DNA of 64,000 nt from Octopus bimaculoides (taxonomy: Eukaryota): contig NC_069000.1 of assembly GCF_001194135.2 (NCBI RefSeq), positions 1,456,113 to 1,520,112 on the forward strand, in the 5' to 3' direction. Shown here in pieces: positions 14,101-28,376 of the stretch. Each line of letters begins with the position of its first letter. Position 1 is the stretch's first letter. Under the pieces are notes generated by a model. It saw nothing but the letters and a program-made list of their open reading frames with translations. It was not told the DNA's origin and made no database searches. The position numbers and the translations under genes were made by a program.

Positions 14101-16054
14101 TAGCTTTGGGTCGATAAAATAAATGCTAATTGAGCACTGGGGGTCGATGTAATCGATTATTCCCCTTCGCCAAAAAATTTCAGGCCTTGTGCCTATAGTA
14201 GAAAGGATCATCATCATCATTAGGTCCTTGACCGATATAATCGACAATCCACCCAAATGTGAAGTTCTTGAAGACAAAAGGACAGCCGTGACATGTATTT
14301 CTACTTCAATAGACGTCATCAGCACAGCAACTGCACCACCTTACCTTCAGTTGACGAGACACTCAAGGCATAAAAAAAAAAAAATTGTAAACATTTATGG
14401 GCGAGGTTAATTGGTATAAATGAAGTGAAAATGGGGCAAAGAGAAATAAACCACCATTGAATCAAACCCTATCGTCTTGAAAAGCTAAGACAATAGATTG
14501 AACAATATAGTCCCGATATTAAAAAGAAGAAATGGGATGGTCATCGCTGGAATGCCAATGATTATAGGTATGTCCCATCAGAGCTGGCCTGGGGCTACAA
14601 TCAACAACTAGGAAAACCATTTGCGCAGTACAACCATTATCCATTAATTCTCTCTCTCTCTTGTGAAAGTCGTTATCGTTTACACACGCACACACAACTC
14701 TTTTACAAAATGCTTCAGCTCAGCTCTGCTAGTGTAATCCAGGGAGAATTAGTCACGTGTAATAATATACAGTTTCAGGGTACATGTGAGGATAAATACA
14801 CGGCCCACTAAGCAAACATAACAGCATGATTCAGCATTCTGTCCAGCCAGTCACTGATACACACGGAAACACACACACACGGATTGGATAGACAGAGTGC
14901 TTATCCGTGTGTTACATATTCACCTCATTAATAACAACACTAAAACTGAAAAAGCACTCTAAAGGGCGGTGTCATCGTTTACGTACAGTTGTCTATCCCG
15001 ACATGGGGCTGGGGTTTCTTCACAACTCAACCCCTCTTTCCTGTCGCCAACCCTTTTAGTCACGCTTATGACAATTAGTGAACCTATTTTAAAGCGAGGA
15101 TGCACAATGTGTGTGTGCATGAGAGAGAGAGAGAGAGGAGAGAGGGGGAGAGAGAGAGAGAGAGAGGGAGAGAGAGAGAGAGAGATCATCATCGTTTTAA
15201 CATCTACTTTTTCATCCTTTTCCCATGTTTGCATGAGTCACACGAAGGTAAGTTGGGTTTTCTAAGGGCGAATGTTTCCCGATGCCAGTTTATCAAACAA
15301 CCAACAGTTGGGACATGGTTATGCAGAGAAGAGTTGCAAACAAAAGACACCAGTTGAACGAAACTTTTGTTTTAAAAAAATCACACTACATGTCGAGATA
15401 GGTCAAGAAGTCCGGACATGCTGTCATAGCGGACTGCCGTCAGGCGATACCATTCGCTTAAAAAGACACTGTTTACAACCAGCGAACACAACACTTGAAT
15501 GAATAAAATTTGTGAAGGAAAGACAGTGTCACGAACCATTTCAGGCTTTCCTAACACTGGTGATAAGAAAGTTGTCCTTAGATTTTCCAGTTGAGACGAA
15601 GGACAATGCCAGAATAATTACACTTCAGATGATTCACAGGAAATGACACCTTACTACTTGACGTCCATTATCCAAGCTGGCATGAGTTGGACAATTCGAC
15701 AAGGATCCATTGAGCTGCAGGGCTGTGTCAAGCTTCAATTTCAGCTCTGGTATGTTTTCTATGGTCAGATGCCCTTCCAAGCGCCAACTACCTCAACAGT
15801 GCTGTTTTTCATGCCACCAACACGAGTGAGGTCAGCAAACAAGTTGCAAGATAGAAAAGTCCCCCCATGACTATGGAGTGGTGGTGGGGCACAAAATATG
15901 TGATTGTATTTAATTATGTATTTTTCTGCACCAGGTTCAAATCCTATTTGCTTTGCCTCTCATCGTTCTACAGAGAAAAGGGGTCGTTGAAATAAAGTAC
16001 TAGCCAATAAACACAGCTGTTCATATGACCTTTGTGTCAATCAAGGAAACTAAC

Positions 16055-16275
16055 AGGGTGGCGAGCTGGTAGAATCGGGCGAAATGCTTTGTGGTATTTC
16101 GCCTGCCGTTCTGAGTTCAAATTCCGCCGAGGTCGACTTTGCCTTTCATCGTTTCTGAGTCGATTAAATAAGTACCAGTTATGCGCTGGGGTCGATGTAA
16201 TCAACTTAATCCCTTTGTCTGTCCTTGTTTGTCCCCTCTATATTTAGACCCCTGTGGTCAATAAAGAAATAAATA
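16055..16275 (+). mobile_element. tRNA-derived SINE family A, near full length (tail type 1)
   Basis: A/B-box-like head (GAGCTGGTAGAATC, GAGTTCAAATTCC) and body GGTCGACTTTGCCTTTCATC...AAGTACCAG; many other copies, e.g. about 9200-9410, 14050-14220, 25905-26330, 33590-33790, 62040-62431. Confidence 0.85.
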
Positions 16276-16369
16276 GAGGAAATCAACAGAATTATAAGCA
16301 TCCATGTTATCACTAAAAGGAAGGGAGAGATACACAGACACACAGACTGCCCAGTCAAGTGGTAAATAA

Positions 16370-16389
16370 TGTATATATATATATATAAA

Positions 16390-16475
<86 letters not shown>

Positions 16476-16496
16476 TATACATATATATATATATAT
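16370..16496. repeat. Long (TA)n microsatellite
   Basis: Direct inspection; similar tracts near 28322, 33470, 37776, 38645, 60734. Confidence 0.95.
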
Positions 16497-16984
16497 GACA
16501 GGCAGATAGAATATGATAGATGAGCCAAAAACTAGCATCTCCTCAGACAACCCTGTCTATGTGTGTGCCATATTTGGAGGTTCATACAAATGTCTAAATA
16601 TACAGATGGAAAGAAGCCAGTCATAAACCATTGTGATTAAGGATTAGCTAATTGCACATGCCATTGCCCTCACAGACACACAAAAGAACAGAATGAAAAA
16701 CTAGAGTTTTAAATATTCTTTGTTATGAAAAGACACCCGACTAATGAGATTACATCTGTTTGGAGCTATTAATTAACGATAACAAAAACATAATTCTTTT
16801 GACAATAAACAGGTGGCCATCTAGATAATCCAGTTCAGCAGTTTGTGTACCACTACACAGTTCTGACACTAGTTTCACTTACTGAACTATGACCATGCTG
16901 GAGAAGCAGCTGCACGGATTCACGTGACCATGTCAAACCTCACAATTCATTTTATTGATTTTATTTGTTGGACTGCTACATTAC

Positions 16985-17300
16985 AGACTGGCACTCTGTC
17001 GGTTATGACAACAAGTGTTCCAGTTGATATGATCAACCGAACAGCCTCCTCGTGAAATTAACATGCAAGTGGCTGAGTACTCCACAGACGTGTATTCTCA
17101 ACATCAATCCTCAGGGAGGTTCAGTGTTACATAGGGCGTGACAAGGCTGGTCCTTTTGAATTACAGGTACGACTCATTTTTGCCAGCTGAGTGGACTAGA
17201 ACAACGTGAAATAAACAGTTTTGCTGAAGGACATAAGGTGCCACCAGGAAATGAACTCACAGCCTTACAACTGTGAGCCGTATACATGAACCACTCAGCC
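16985..17300 (-). mobile_element. tRNA-derived SINE, a third family
   Basis: Degenerate tRNA-like head at the right end and body CCACTCAGCTGGCAAAAATGAG..CAAAAGGACCAGCCTTGTCAC on the minus strand. Confidence 0.6.
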
Positions 17301-17387
17301 ACACACCATCACTACATTACAGACCCTAAAACAGACACAACACAAACGACACCAGTTTGTCTTTTTGATTGGTGTAAACACAAATAC

Positions 17388-17765
17388 AGGTGCAAGAGTG
17401 GCTGTGTGGTAAAGAGCTTGCTTCCCAACCAAATGGTTCTGGGTTCAGTCCCACTGCATGGCACCTTGGGCAAGCGTCTTGTTCTATAGCCTCAGTCCGA
17501 CCAAAGCCTTGTGAGTGGATATGGTAGATGGAAACTGAAAGAAGCCCGTCATATATACATATGTGTGTGTGTGTGTGTCTGTGCTTGTCCCCACCATCGC
17601 TTGACAACTGTTGTATGTTCAAGTCCCCATAACCTAGTGGTTTGGCAAAAGAGACTGATAGAATAAATACTAGGCTCACAAAGAATAAGTCCTGGGGTCG
17701 ATTTGCTCGACTAAAGGCGGTGCCCCAGCATGGTCGCAGTCAAATGATTGAAACAAGTAAAAGAA
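17388..17765 (+). mobile_element. tRNA-derived SINE family B (CORE-like), full length
   Basis: Head GTGGCTGTGTGGTAAAGAG..GGGTTCAGTCCC, CORE-like GGCACCTTGGGCAAG, internal (TA/TG)n, tail GAAACAAGTAAAAGA; further copies near 7720, 21880-22490, 38095, 44735, 46445, 48515. Confidence 0.85.
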
Positions 17766-19874
17766 TATATAAATATATATATATTTATAATTAGTTAATC
17801 CGAAAAAAAAAAGTTGGTGATCAAAACAAGTCTTGGACCCCTCAGAAGGTGTGAAAGCCATGTGTCAGGAGTTTACAGATGCGGACCAAGAGAACACAAG
17901 ATAGGAACTTGGCAGAATTTGAACTCAGAGTGTAAAGACAGACGAAATGCCACTAAGCATTTCGTCTGGCGTGCTAACAATTCTGCCAGCTCGCTGCCTT
18001 AGCCATGGGGAAATATTCCCTTGCAGGGAAATAGTGGTGAGGTGGCTGCAAGAAGGGCACCAGTCATAGAAAATTTGCCTCAACAAGTTCCGCCTGGCCC
18101 ATGCAAAAATGGAAAAGTGGATATGATGATGATGATAACAAACCATATCTTCAATGAATAGATAAAGCAAGATTGCTGCTTTAACTTATCCTCACTCACC
18201 AAAACTATCAGAGAAAGTACAAACAACACTCAAGCGATAAAAGATAGAACCCAGCTAACATTAGCTTATCGTTTGCACTAAGACGCTAATTAGCCTGACT
18301 GGCCAAACAATATGACTAAGTTTATTTCATTGTGAGGAAGAACTGACTGACATGTCACTGACAGAGTATCTGTTGTTGTTGAGTGAGAGAGCAGTGCATG
18401 CCAAAGTGATACTGGGGTACAAATATATGAAGCCCAATATACCCATCATGACTGCTTGTCTGATAAGGGTACACCAGGCACATGCATTACAACCATGCAT
18501 GTCATGGTGGTCTCATATCAAGATAAACAATGGATGACCTTGCAGGTGGGGACCAGTTAGAATTTTCTTCAGGTCAAGTAGACCATCCTACTCAAAAGGT
18601 CCCTGGATAAGGGTTGTTTAAGGACTGCCTTAACTTAGTCAATGTGGTAACAGAGTAGAGTTGGACTTGACTAATACTCTGTGGGTTAGTTTAGCATAGG
18701 AGTTCTCAATTGGGGTCCATAAGACCCTTAGGGATTCATGTAAGATTGGGTTGTTAAAATTTATGTGCAGTAGATAGCTTATAGTCCTACAATACACAAA
18801 ATATTTTAACAATTTTTTAATATAATTCCTAATATTATTTAATTCCAAAAATAGGATTTTAAAAACATCAAATGGCTATGAGGGCCCATCTGAATAAAAG
18901 GGGAAATTGTTCAGAACTACGGGTTTAGCATAACGACAACAACAGTCATCATTATCATCATCATCATCATTGTTGGTATTTTACATCCATTTTCCATGTT
19001 GGAGGCAGCATGTATTCAAGGATATACTGCTCGACTACACGGTTCAGGGGACATCATTAGCTTGCATTTCAATTTTGAGGTCCTTAAGACTTAAGGGTTC
19101 TCAGCATGTCATTCCAAAACATTGTGGGCTCCCAGGATGTCACTGCACTTGTCCTTCTCTTTTACTGGCCCTGATATGTGTATGTATATATGTGTATGTA
19201 TATATGTGTACATGTATGAATGTGGACGCACCAGCCACTAAGTATACTTATTCTGCTCCTATGTGTTGTTTGGTTTCAACCCCTTTTTATAGAGTGGAGT
19301 TAAAAATAAAGAATTTATGAACAAAGCATAAAAATAACAGATCATGCGATCAATCTAAAAATAAACAACAGCAAAAACACGTTCAGCCTGTTTCACACGA
19401 GGAAAGCGTTTTTAGTAGTAAAGAAAAAAAAATAATAATAATGAACAGTTTGTGGGAAAATGTGCAGACACTAATCCATTCTGAAACTTTATGTTCAAAT
19501 GCAGTTGATTATAAAGAAGTAATAATGACTATTAAGTTATTTTATTATCATATTTTTCACGGGAAAATAAATATATACTAATAAAAAAAATTAAAAAAAG
19601 ATATTAACCGCTTTGTTACCCAATTCCTGTTGAAATAAATTTGCAGTCTTTGTTTCAATAAATTTTTTAAACAATAGTCAATTCATTTCTTTTCTTTTCT
19701 TCTATATATGATGGGATTCTTTCAGTTTCCATCAACCAAATCCACTCACAAGGCATTGGTCAACCCCAGGCTATAGTGGAAGATACTTACCCAAAGTGTT
19801 GCATGCTGGAACCATTTTACCAATGTTGTTTTACAAAGTTCAATATATTTCCTAACAAATCTTTCATTTTAAAC

Positions 19875-20332
19875 CAGTTGTTCTCAACTGGGGTCAATAT
19901 CACCCTTAGGGGTCATATATAAGATTTTGTTGTTAAAATTTATGTACAATAAATTGATCAGACTTCTACAATACACATGATATTTCAATTTTTCTATACA
20001 ATTCCTAGAAATCATTTCTACTAAAGATACAAGGCCTGAGATTTGTGGGGAGGGGACTAGTCAATTACACTGGTGTTTCACTGGTATTAAATTTATCGAT
20101 CCTGAAAGGATGAGGCAAGTCGACCTCGGCGGAAACTGAACTCAGAACATAGCAATGGGCCAAAATACTGCTAAGTGTTTCATCCTATGCGCTAACGAGT
20201 CTGCCAGTTCACTGCTTTATGTACAATCCCTAATATTTAATTAGCAAGATTTTTTTTTCATACAGTGAATGGCTGTGAGGGTTCACCTAAGTAAAGTAGG
20301 AATCATAGGTTAAAAACGGCTGAGAATCACTG
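19875..20332. mobile_element. hAT-like MITE interrupted by a SINE A copy (about 20022-20220)
   Basis: TIRs CAGTTGTTCTCAAC / CAGTGATTCTCAGC; flanks ttttaaac / cttgaaac (6 of 8 match); related partial copy about 18700-18925. Confidence 0.65.
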
Positions 20333-20484
20333 CTTGAAACAAACAATTTAGCCATGTCCCATTGCCAGAGAACCATTGAAAAGTTATCAAAATAACTTTG
20401 TGATTATTAAGCTGTTTGGGATGGAAACAAGTATGAAATTTAGATGGAAGGTTTTAATTAAGATGGTTATCAAAAGGGTTAATT

Positions 20485-21201
20485 GGATCTAGTTCAAAAC
20501 GGGGGCACCAGTTTTCATTTATGTTTTATGTAGTGTTTTTGGTACCGAAAGACTTTCAAACTTCGTATACTTATCTATTTTGTGTTATAGAACAGAAAAA
20601 CATTTTTGTATTCGAAGTTATTTCATGTAAAAAATTGTCTTATTTCGATAATTTCAACCAATCACTGACAAGTATTCAGCTGTTTACAGTTACTCCTTTG
20701 GCAGTTTAAGCGGTGTAAAGCGTATTTAATCTCCATTACTTCTGACATTTTGCAGAGAGGCAACACACGTGTGTCCGTTTTCCTTCGTTTTATTTTTAAT
20801 ATAATTTCGTTAACATCTGCCTGAACTGTATGTATACAACATTTGCCCTAACCCTTCCCTCAAAAACCAGCCTTGTGCCTATAATAGAAAGGTTTATTAG
20901 CTACTGCCAATATGCTTCAGCCATTTTTTGACAAGGAAATAATAATTTTATCACCGCCAGAATCGTTTGACAATCGTTTGTTTACGTAGTCAGCACTTAA
21001 TGTATTCGGTTGAATGGACGTCAGTCATTAGTTGAAATTACAGAAATACGACAACTTTAACATGAAATAAGTTGCAATATAATAATTTTTCTTAAGAAGA
21101 CTAAGAGAAAAAGATGTTTTATATGACACATTCTACCAGTGTCCCAAGTTTCAAAGTGTTTCGTTAAGAAAATACTGGCGCCCCCGTTTTGAACTAGATC
21201 C
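20485..21201. mobile_element. Non-autonomous TIR element, Merlin-like (717 bp)
   Basis: 28-bp TIR GGATCTAGTTCAAAACGGGGGC[A/G]CCAGT with one mismatch; perfect 8-bp TSD GGTTAATT at 20477-20484 and 21202-21209; GG termini; no ORF. Confidence 0.8.
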
Positions 21202-23875
21202 GGTTAATTATCTGAGTCACTTTTGTACAATGATGATTGACGGTACTTTTTACAAAATAAGCTGTGGCCTAACTAACCAAAGGCCTGGGGGACACATTAA
21301 CAGGGTGGTTGACTGGCAGAATCATTAGACTGTCAGATAAATGCTTTGTAGCAACTTACTCTGGGTCTTTGAGCCCCGAGTTCAAATCTTACCAAGATCC
21401 ACTTTTACCTTTTATCCCTTCAGAGCCAATAAATGAAGTACCAGTGATTTACTAGATTCGCCATCATCACCTCCCACCACCACCACCACTCTCTCACTCT
21501 CACAGATATGGCTATGTTGTCTGAATCCCCTCAATCATGGCAGAACTCCCTCCAACAGATAGGTGAAAGGACATGGCACGTTGCCATAACATCAAGCAGT
21601 CAAGTATTGGAATAAGGAAGAGGATAAGTTTTTTTTCTCTTGATACAGCTGAGCGAACAATGCTTGAGTGTGAAAAGGAGTGGCCAGATCACAAATATTT
21701 CCCATTTATTAGGTTAGATTAATTACTTAAAATAACCTCTCAACTTAATTAACCCATTTTGTCTCGATATTTCTATCTGTTTTAGTTTATTAGGAATATT
21801 ATAGTGAATCTGATGAAATAATTGTCATTACTAATCTGACGCTTGAAACAAATAAACAGGAAATATTTTGAGAGAAGGTTTGCATTTATATTCTTTTACT
21901 TGTTTCAGCCATTAAAATTGTGGCCATGCTGGGGCACTGCCTTCAAGAATTTTCAGTCAAATGAACCAACACCAGAATTTATCATTGTTTTTAAGCTTGG
22001 TACTTACCCTGTTGAACTGTTAAGTTACAGGGACATAAACACACCAACACAGGTTGTCAAGTGGCAATGAATGACAAACACACACGACAAGTTTCTTTTA
22101 GTTTCCGTCAGCCAAAACCCCTCACAAAGCTTTGGTCTGCCTAGGGCTATAGTAGAAGACACTTGCCCAGATGTCACGCAGTGGGACTGAACCTCGAACC
22201 ATGTGGCTAGAAAGCAAGTTTCCTACCACACAGCCACTTTACATCAGGAAGTTAGTATAACACTGAACCAAGGATGGTTTGAGACAGGTCTGAGATAAAA
22301 TAATATTTTCCCCCACCACTGCTGTTGGTTTGTTTATGTCTTTGTAACTTAGCAGTTCTGCAAAAGAGACCGACAGAATAAATATCAAGCTTAAAAAAAA
22401 ATCAATACTGGGGCCAGTTTGTTTGACTAAAAACTCTTCAAGGCAGTGCCCCAGCATGGCCACAGTGTAATGACCGAAACAAGAAAAAAAAAAAAAGCCC
22501 GTCCCATGAGTTGTTTTAAATGACATTTCTGATGTCGTTAACGGTTTTAAAAAACTATCAACCACTCTCTTCTCACTATTCAGGTTTTTTTATAGCCCAG
22601 GAGCGACACCCAGAAGTCACAAGCATTCTGCCCTGACCCATGGACATGTGCCTGCACACACACATTTCATAACCACCACACGTTTTACAACCAGCACACA
22701 AGGAATTGACAAAAACATTAAAGGTTAATTACCTAAAGTAATTAATATATATATAATAATGTGAGAGTGTGCAGCTTAGTGGTTAGGATGTTGCACTCAC
22801 AATTGTGAGATCGTGGGTTCGATTCCCAGAGCAGAGCTGGGTTCAGTCCCACTGCATGGTACCTTCGGCAAGTGTTTTCTACTATCGCCCTGGGTAGACC
22901 AAATTTGTTCCACACCAGCAATCAACTATGCTTGAGAAATTCCATAGGTGGCCGCCTGTGAATATAGTAAAGCCTCTGTACTAAACAGTATGAAAGCTAT
23001 CTTATCTACTTGAACCAGAAGCTTTCTCATCTCTTCCCATCACTCCCTTCTCCTCATAGGTCCTACTCTTCCTATGAGAAAACCTCAGTGTGACCACTTG
23101 ACCTGCTACAAACAACAGTCAAATCTCACTCACAGCATATCCCCTCACCTTTGAAAGAAAACAAAAAAAATGTATTGGCTATTGTGGATAATAAGAAATG
23201 GTGTCTAGTGAAAATACTGAGACGGGAGGGTCGCGATTGGGATGCCTTTGGTGAANNNNNNNNNNGGGGGGTTGCTTGATCCACTAAAAATAGCAGTCCC
23301 CTTCACATTTGACTGTATCATCAAATAAGTAAATATTTCTAAAACAACAAAACAAACAAAACACAAACGGATGGTCACGGATGAATTCAATGCTTGCATC
23401 TCGCATCAGTGGATCCAGTTGCACATGCATGATCTCTGCTGCTTCAATAAGCGACAAACCGAGCTTCTATTAAGGTCGCTAGAAACAGCAGCTAAATTTC
23501 CATCATATTATACCTCATAATTTATTCATTATTACTATTGCAGGTAAATTTCTTCCGCACAACGAAACTAAATAACAATAGGAATCAACAAATGTGCCTC
23601 TACAAGGTAGCTTGACTTCCTAAAATTAACAGCCAAATTTACCTCAAGTAAGGATGCACTAGAGAACCTGGTGTCACACACACACACAATTAATAAATAA
23701 ACGGTAACGTCTCTGTTAGAGTATCTTTGACCATAATAGCAGGTTCTGCTAGATCAAAACTGACCTGAAATTTAAGCAACATGCTTTTCTTTAAAGAAAA
23801 AAAAAAAAAAAANNNNNNNNNNAAAAAAAAAAAAAAAAATACAGCCATCTGCTTAAAGGTCAAGCTTGCACTTAC

Positions 23876-23900
23876 CGATAATGTCTGATCTGTGACCCAT
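23876..23900 (-). CDS. Candidate first coding exon of an unidentified minus-strand gene (MGHRSDII-)
   Basis: acaATGG start context, strong donor ATCG|gtaagt, promoter-like motifs immediately upstream. Confidence 0.45.
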
Positions 23901-23944
23901 TGTTACGCTGTCCTTTCTCTCTGTCTCGTGTCTCTTTCTGCTGC

Positions 23945-24120
23945 TACTGCTGCATTCCAAAGGAATGTAGTTCTAGGAACAACTGCATCCCACTGGAATT
24001 CCCCCACCACCACTTCCCTTTCTCTGTCCACGAATTTCTCTCTCTCTCTGGAATATTTCAAATGAATTCGGTCGACTGAACTTCACGCACTTGCTTTAGC
24101 CACTTCACGTGGGTCTAAAA
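23945..24120 (-). promoter_or_regulatory. Promoter-like region with two opposed ZNF143/Staf-like motifs and an E-box
   Basis: AACTACATTCCTTTGGAATGC (minus, 23952-23972), AACTGCATCCCACTGGAATT (plus, 23981-24000), CACGTG 24106-24111. Confidence 0.4.
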
Positions 24121-24883
24121 ATACCTTAGCAATCTATGGTTTTCACTGACTTCTCATACACAATTCAATAAAGGGGCATTTTGTTAAATATTTTAAAGAA
24201 GCCACACTTAGAAAACAACAAACACAACAAAAAAGTGCCTTTTAAAAAAAATATTTATGTCTAAAACTATCAATCAATCGTATTTGTGAAAGAAATCGCT
24301 TTTATTCATTTACGGTATATATGCATGCAGAATATAAGTGTGTGTAATATATATATTATATACATACACAAATATATATATATATTTATATATATACACG
24401 CACACAATTATATATATTTGGTTATTTGTGTATCTTGTTTTTAAAAACGAGGAAAAACATGATCTAAGGCAATGTACTCAATATGTAAATTAGAGTGGAG
24501 GAACTTATTAAAAAAATATATTACTCCTAAAAAAACCCCAAAAAACTAGTCACAATTTCATGCCAATGTATGTGATGTGTACGGAATGGTTTAGAAGTGG
24601 AAGAAACAAACCCATCCCCCTGGGTAAAGGAGTATGGAGAGGGAGAGAAAGATACACATGTATGTAAGTAGATAGATAGAGAGAGAGAGGAGGAGGGAGA
24701 GAGAGAGAGAGAGGAGAGGAGGAGAGAGAGAGAATCATTAATTTATGTGTTCTATATTTAGAAATTTCTATTACTACACGAAGATATTCACTTTTTCGTG
24801 CTTAATAAATGTGTATACAGAATGATTTAAAAGTTAGCTTGGAGGAAGAAACCAAAAAACCCGGGCAATAGAAGTGTGTAAAA

Positions 24884-24914
<31 letters not shown>

Positions 24915-27294
24915 TCATGAAAACAGCACACGCTGAGAAGTAGTGTGTTTGTCATCAAATTCACACCCAACATCTTTTTTATTTTATTTTATTTTTTTAT
25001 CTGTGGCTGATATTTAAACACAGAATAGCAATCAAAAGCAGGGTTAAAAGAGCCTTTCTAGAACAAACAACAAAAGACTCTGAATTTGTCCACATCAACT
25101 TATCTACCAGCATCATCATCAGCCAGTAACATTTCTATTTTCGATAATTTACGCATTTTAGTTTGTTGATGGCCTCAGGTCCAACCTTCACTGAACAAAT
25201 TTTGAAATTAAAAACAATTCCAGCCATGACCCACGTGTCTTTTTACGTCAATCTCGGACTACTTTATCAAATGTGTTCGTCTCAGTTGCTGTTTCGCCCC
25301 ATAAATCTATGACCAATAGGCGTTCCAGTTATGTCCACCATGTCTTAATTGCAGTCACAGGACTAAGACTGCGGTATCCAATGTGTCCTTTCTCATTTTT
25401 TAAAGACGGTCAAACTTTGGATTTGGGGGCAATTTTGGCCCCTATTTCAAAGCTGGTCGAGCGACCACTTCCTACTTAGGTCACAAGGTCGACGATGAAT
25501 GCTTTTTTTTTTTTTTTTTAAAGAAAGTAAATCTATTGAATTTCCTTTCCAACCCCTAAAATACCCCTCAGCATATTACGATTCTCTCTGCTTTACTGAT
25601 CTGAGGGCAAAGAAAAAGAAAAGGACGATTAGTGTTTTTGACTCATTATCACGAGGTCTTTTCGCCACAGAAGTAGATAAGTCTTCGAGTGCATAGTAAT
25701 TTGTTACTATTTTAAGAGTAATCCGGGAACTTTCTGACTGGCCCCCAGACCACTAATCCTTCTACTACTGGATGAGACATTTCGTTTCCTTTTATAAAGT
25801 TGTCTGTCTGGTCTTTTTAAATCCCATAATCGAGGTTTTTTGTAATCTGTCCTTGTAATGTTCTCATCAGTCGTCGTCTTTGTGACAAATACAGAAATTA
25901 TCACAACTGGTAGAATTGTCAGAGCGTTGGACGAAATGCAATGCGGTATTTTCTCCGATTCTTTACGTTCAGGTTTCAAATCCTGCCGCAGTCATCGGCT
26001 TTGCCTTTTATTCTTTTGGGGGTCGATAAAATAAAGTACCAGTTGAGCACTGAAGGCGATGTTATCGGCTGACCATCCCCACCACAAGATTTCAGGCCTT
26101 GCACAAAAATTAGAATGAAAAAGATACGGTGAGCTGATAAAATTGTTAGTACGTCGGACAAAATGCTCAGCGGAATTTCTTGCGATTCCGAGTTCAAATT
26201 CCACTGTGATCGACTTTGCCTTTCATCCTTTAGAGATCGACGAAATAAGTACCAGTTGAGGTCGATGTAATCGACTTACCACTTCCCCTAAAAATTGCTG
26301 GCTTTGTGCCAAAATCTGAAGCAATTATTATTATCATTATTATGGTTGTTGTTTGTTTAGCTCTGGTACAGCCCTAAAGATAACCTGACCACGACCGTAA
26401 GGCATCGAAGACTAACAACATAATATAATAATGTCGCTATAAATCACTTGCCGAAACAAGTACAAACAGCTCTGACAGATATAGCGTGTCCTTCTGTTTT
26501 CGAAACAGTTGGGTGTTATGACATTTAGCAGCTGCTTTTAACAGGTCGAGCAACCACTGTACTTATTCCAATATAGATGCAGGCTTCGCCAACATTTAGA
26601 GGAATTTGTTCTTGTAAGAAGAGTCTGGGCCGATGAACTTTACATTCCTACAGAAGTAGGTGTGTGTGTACATCAACACACATTAAGAAATATAAGTAAC
26701 ATTGTCTATGGATGTATATGTGTGTGTGTGTTTATGTATACAAAGAAGCTACTTGTCCACATGAAAAGGGGAATTTTGTGTGTATATAATAAAGAAGACT
26801 ATATACATTCCATTTAGAAATGTGGACCCTACATTCTTTATGTATGGCAATGTATAAAGAAGAGAATCTTTATACACACAGGTATTTAGAAAATATATAA
26901 ATTCTATATGGGCGTGTTTGTGTATACAGAAAGGAAGACCAAGTACATCCATTTAGGAATATAAACTTACATTTTATGTTTGTATTTGGGCAACCACGAA
27001 ATGTTTTAGTTTGTGTTTTTATTTATCAAATTTCGAACAAGTTTTCATCAACACACACAGACATACAGCTTGTCGGTTCGAGCCCAACTCAGGCCAGTTA
27101 GAACACGGACGTTAAAGTTAAATGATGATGATAATGTACATATGGCACTTGTTCAAAACTTTGATAAGTGTTATGGTAACAACACCTCTGGCATTCTCAG
27201 CTAATAAAAAGATTAAATACACCGTAGCTGATATATTGAGTTCTTTCTATTATCTCTGGTTTGTAAAAGAGACAGAACAGAAAATCTCTACTTT

Positions 27295-28318
27295 GTCGCT
27301 CGAACAACAAAAAATAACAGCCAAATTCCTTTACCATCTTAAAAGAAAAATGGAACGGATACACTAGAGAATATAGTCTTGGAATATAGTGTCTGAAAAT
27401 ACGATGGAATCGTCATGACTGGAACGCCTTTAATTATAGGTTTCCTTCTTAAGCAACAATTAAGGGTAAAACTAAGAAGACAATAAATGCCATCTCATTT
27501 GAAAAATTGGTAAAAGAGAAAAGAACTGAAGAATTAGAAGAGTTAAATAGAAAACCAAAGCTAAAATTTCCGTAAAATCTTCGTAAAAGAATTAACTCTA
27601 GAGTTTTTGGAGGGAAGTGTTGATTCAAGGATAAAACCTGCTAGAAATAGCAGTCAAATGTTCATCAAAGCACATACTATCTGCATAAAAAAGAATAATA
27701 ATGATAAAAAATACGATCGAATTAGTGGAGGTGGAGCGACTTGAATCACAGGTGTGTTTGATCGGGGCTGACCTGGGGTTAAACAACAGCAACGAACGTG
27801 CTTCAATGCAATAGTTCGACTTGTTGGAAACAGAAGCTAAACCGCCCTCAAATTATATACAGCCAACCATCTGTAAAGAAACGAAACAATGTAGTCCATG
27901 ATATACTTCGATCATAGACGTCTGTTGTGTCTACTGAATCAAGGCAAGACACGAGTTTAATAATCAACAAAGACGTCCCAAATTAATTAAAGGTATCCAC
28001 CTCGCCTCTTTGGGGCGGAGAAAAATAAAACTATAACTACACATATAATGTTGTTGTTGACCACTGATCAAAGGCGTTCCACCCTTGACTATCCTGCCTC
28101 TTAAGACTTAGCTTAGCGACACGTCAGCCCTGATCCAGCAGGCCTATGAATGAAGACACTCAAACAGTGGCCATCCAACCTCTATTTTTTATATATCCAC
28201 GACCATTTTATTCGATGTCCTTCCTCAGTTTTAAAGGTGTCAGTGTAATTTGAGAGGCATTTAGCTGCTATTTCTGAGGGGAAGCGACAAAGTGGACACT
28301 CCCTCATTTAATCGATGG

Positions 28319-28376
<58 letters not shown>

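Noticed and set aside
22770-22830. tRNA-like sequence (AGCTTAGTGGTTAGG...GGTTCGATTCCC)
   Set aside because: No complete cloverleaf, and it runs into SINE B sequence; it is a SINE head, not a tRNA gene.
26577-26655. Plus-strand exon-like segment CRLRQHLEEFVLVRRVWADELYIPTE (and a similar one at 21649-21712)
   Set aside because: Isolated, no compatible partner exons or recognisable homology, and the acceptor region abuts a repeat; expected by chance in 64 kb.
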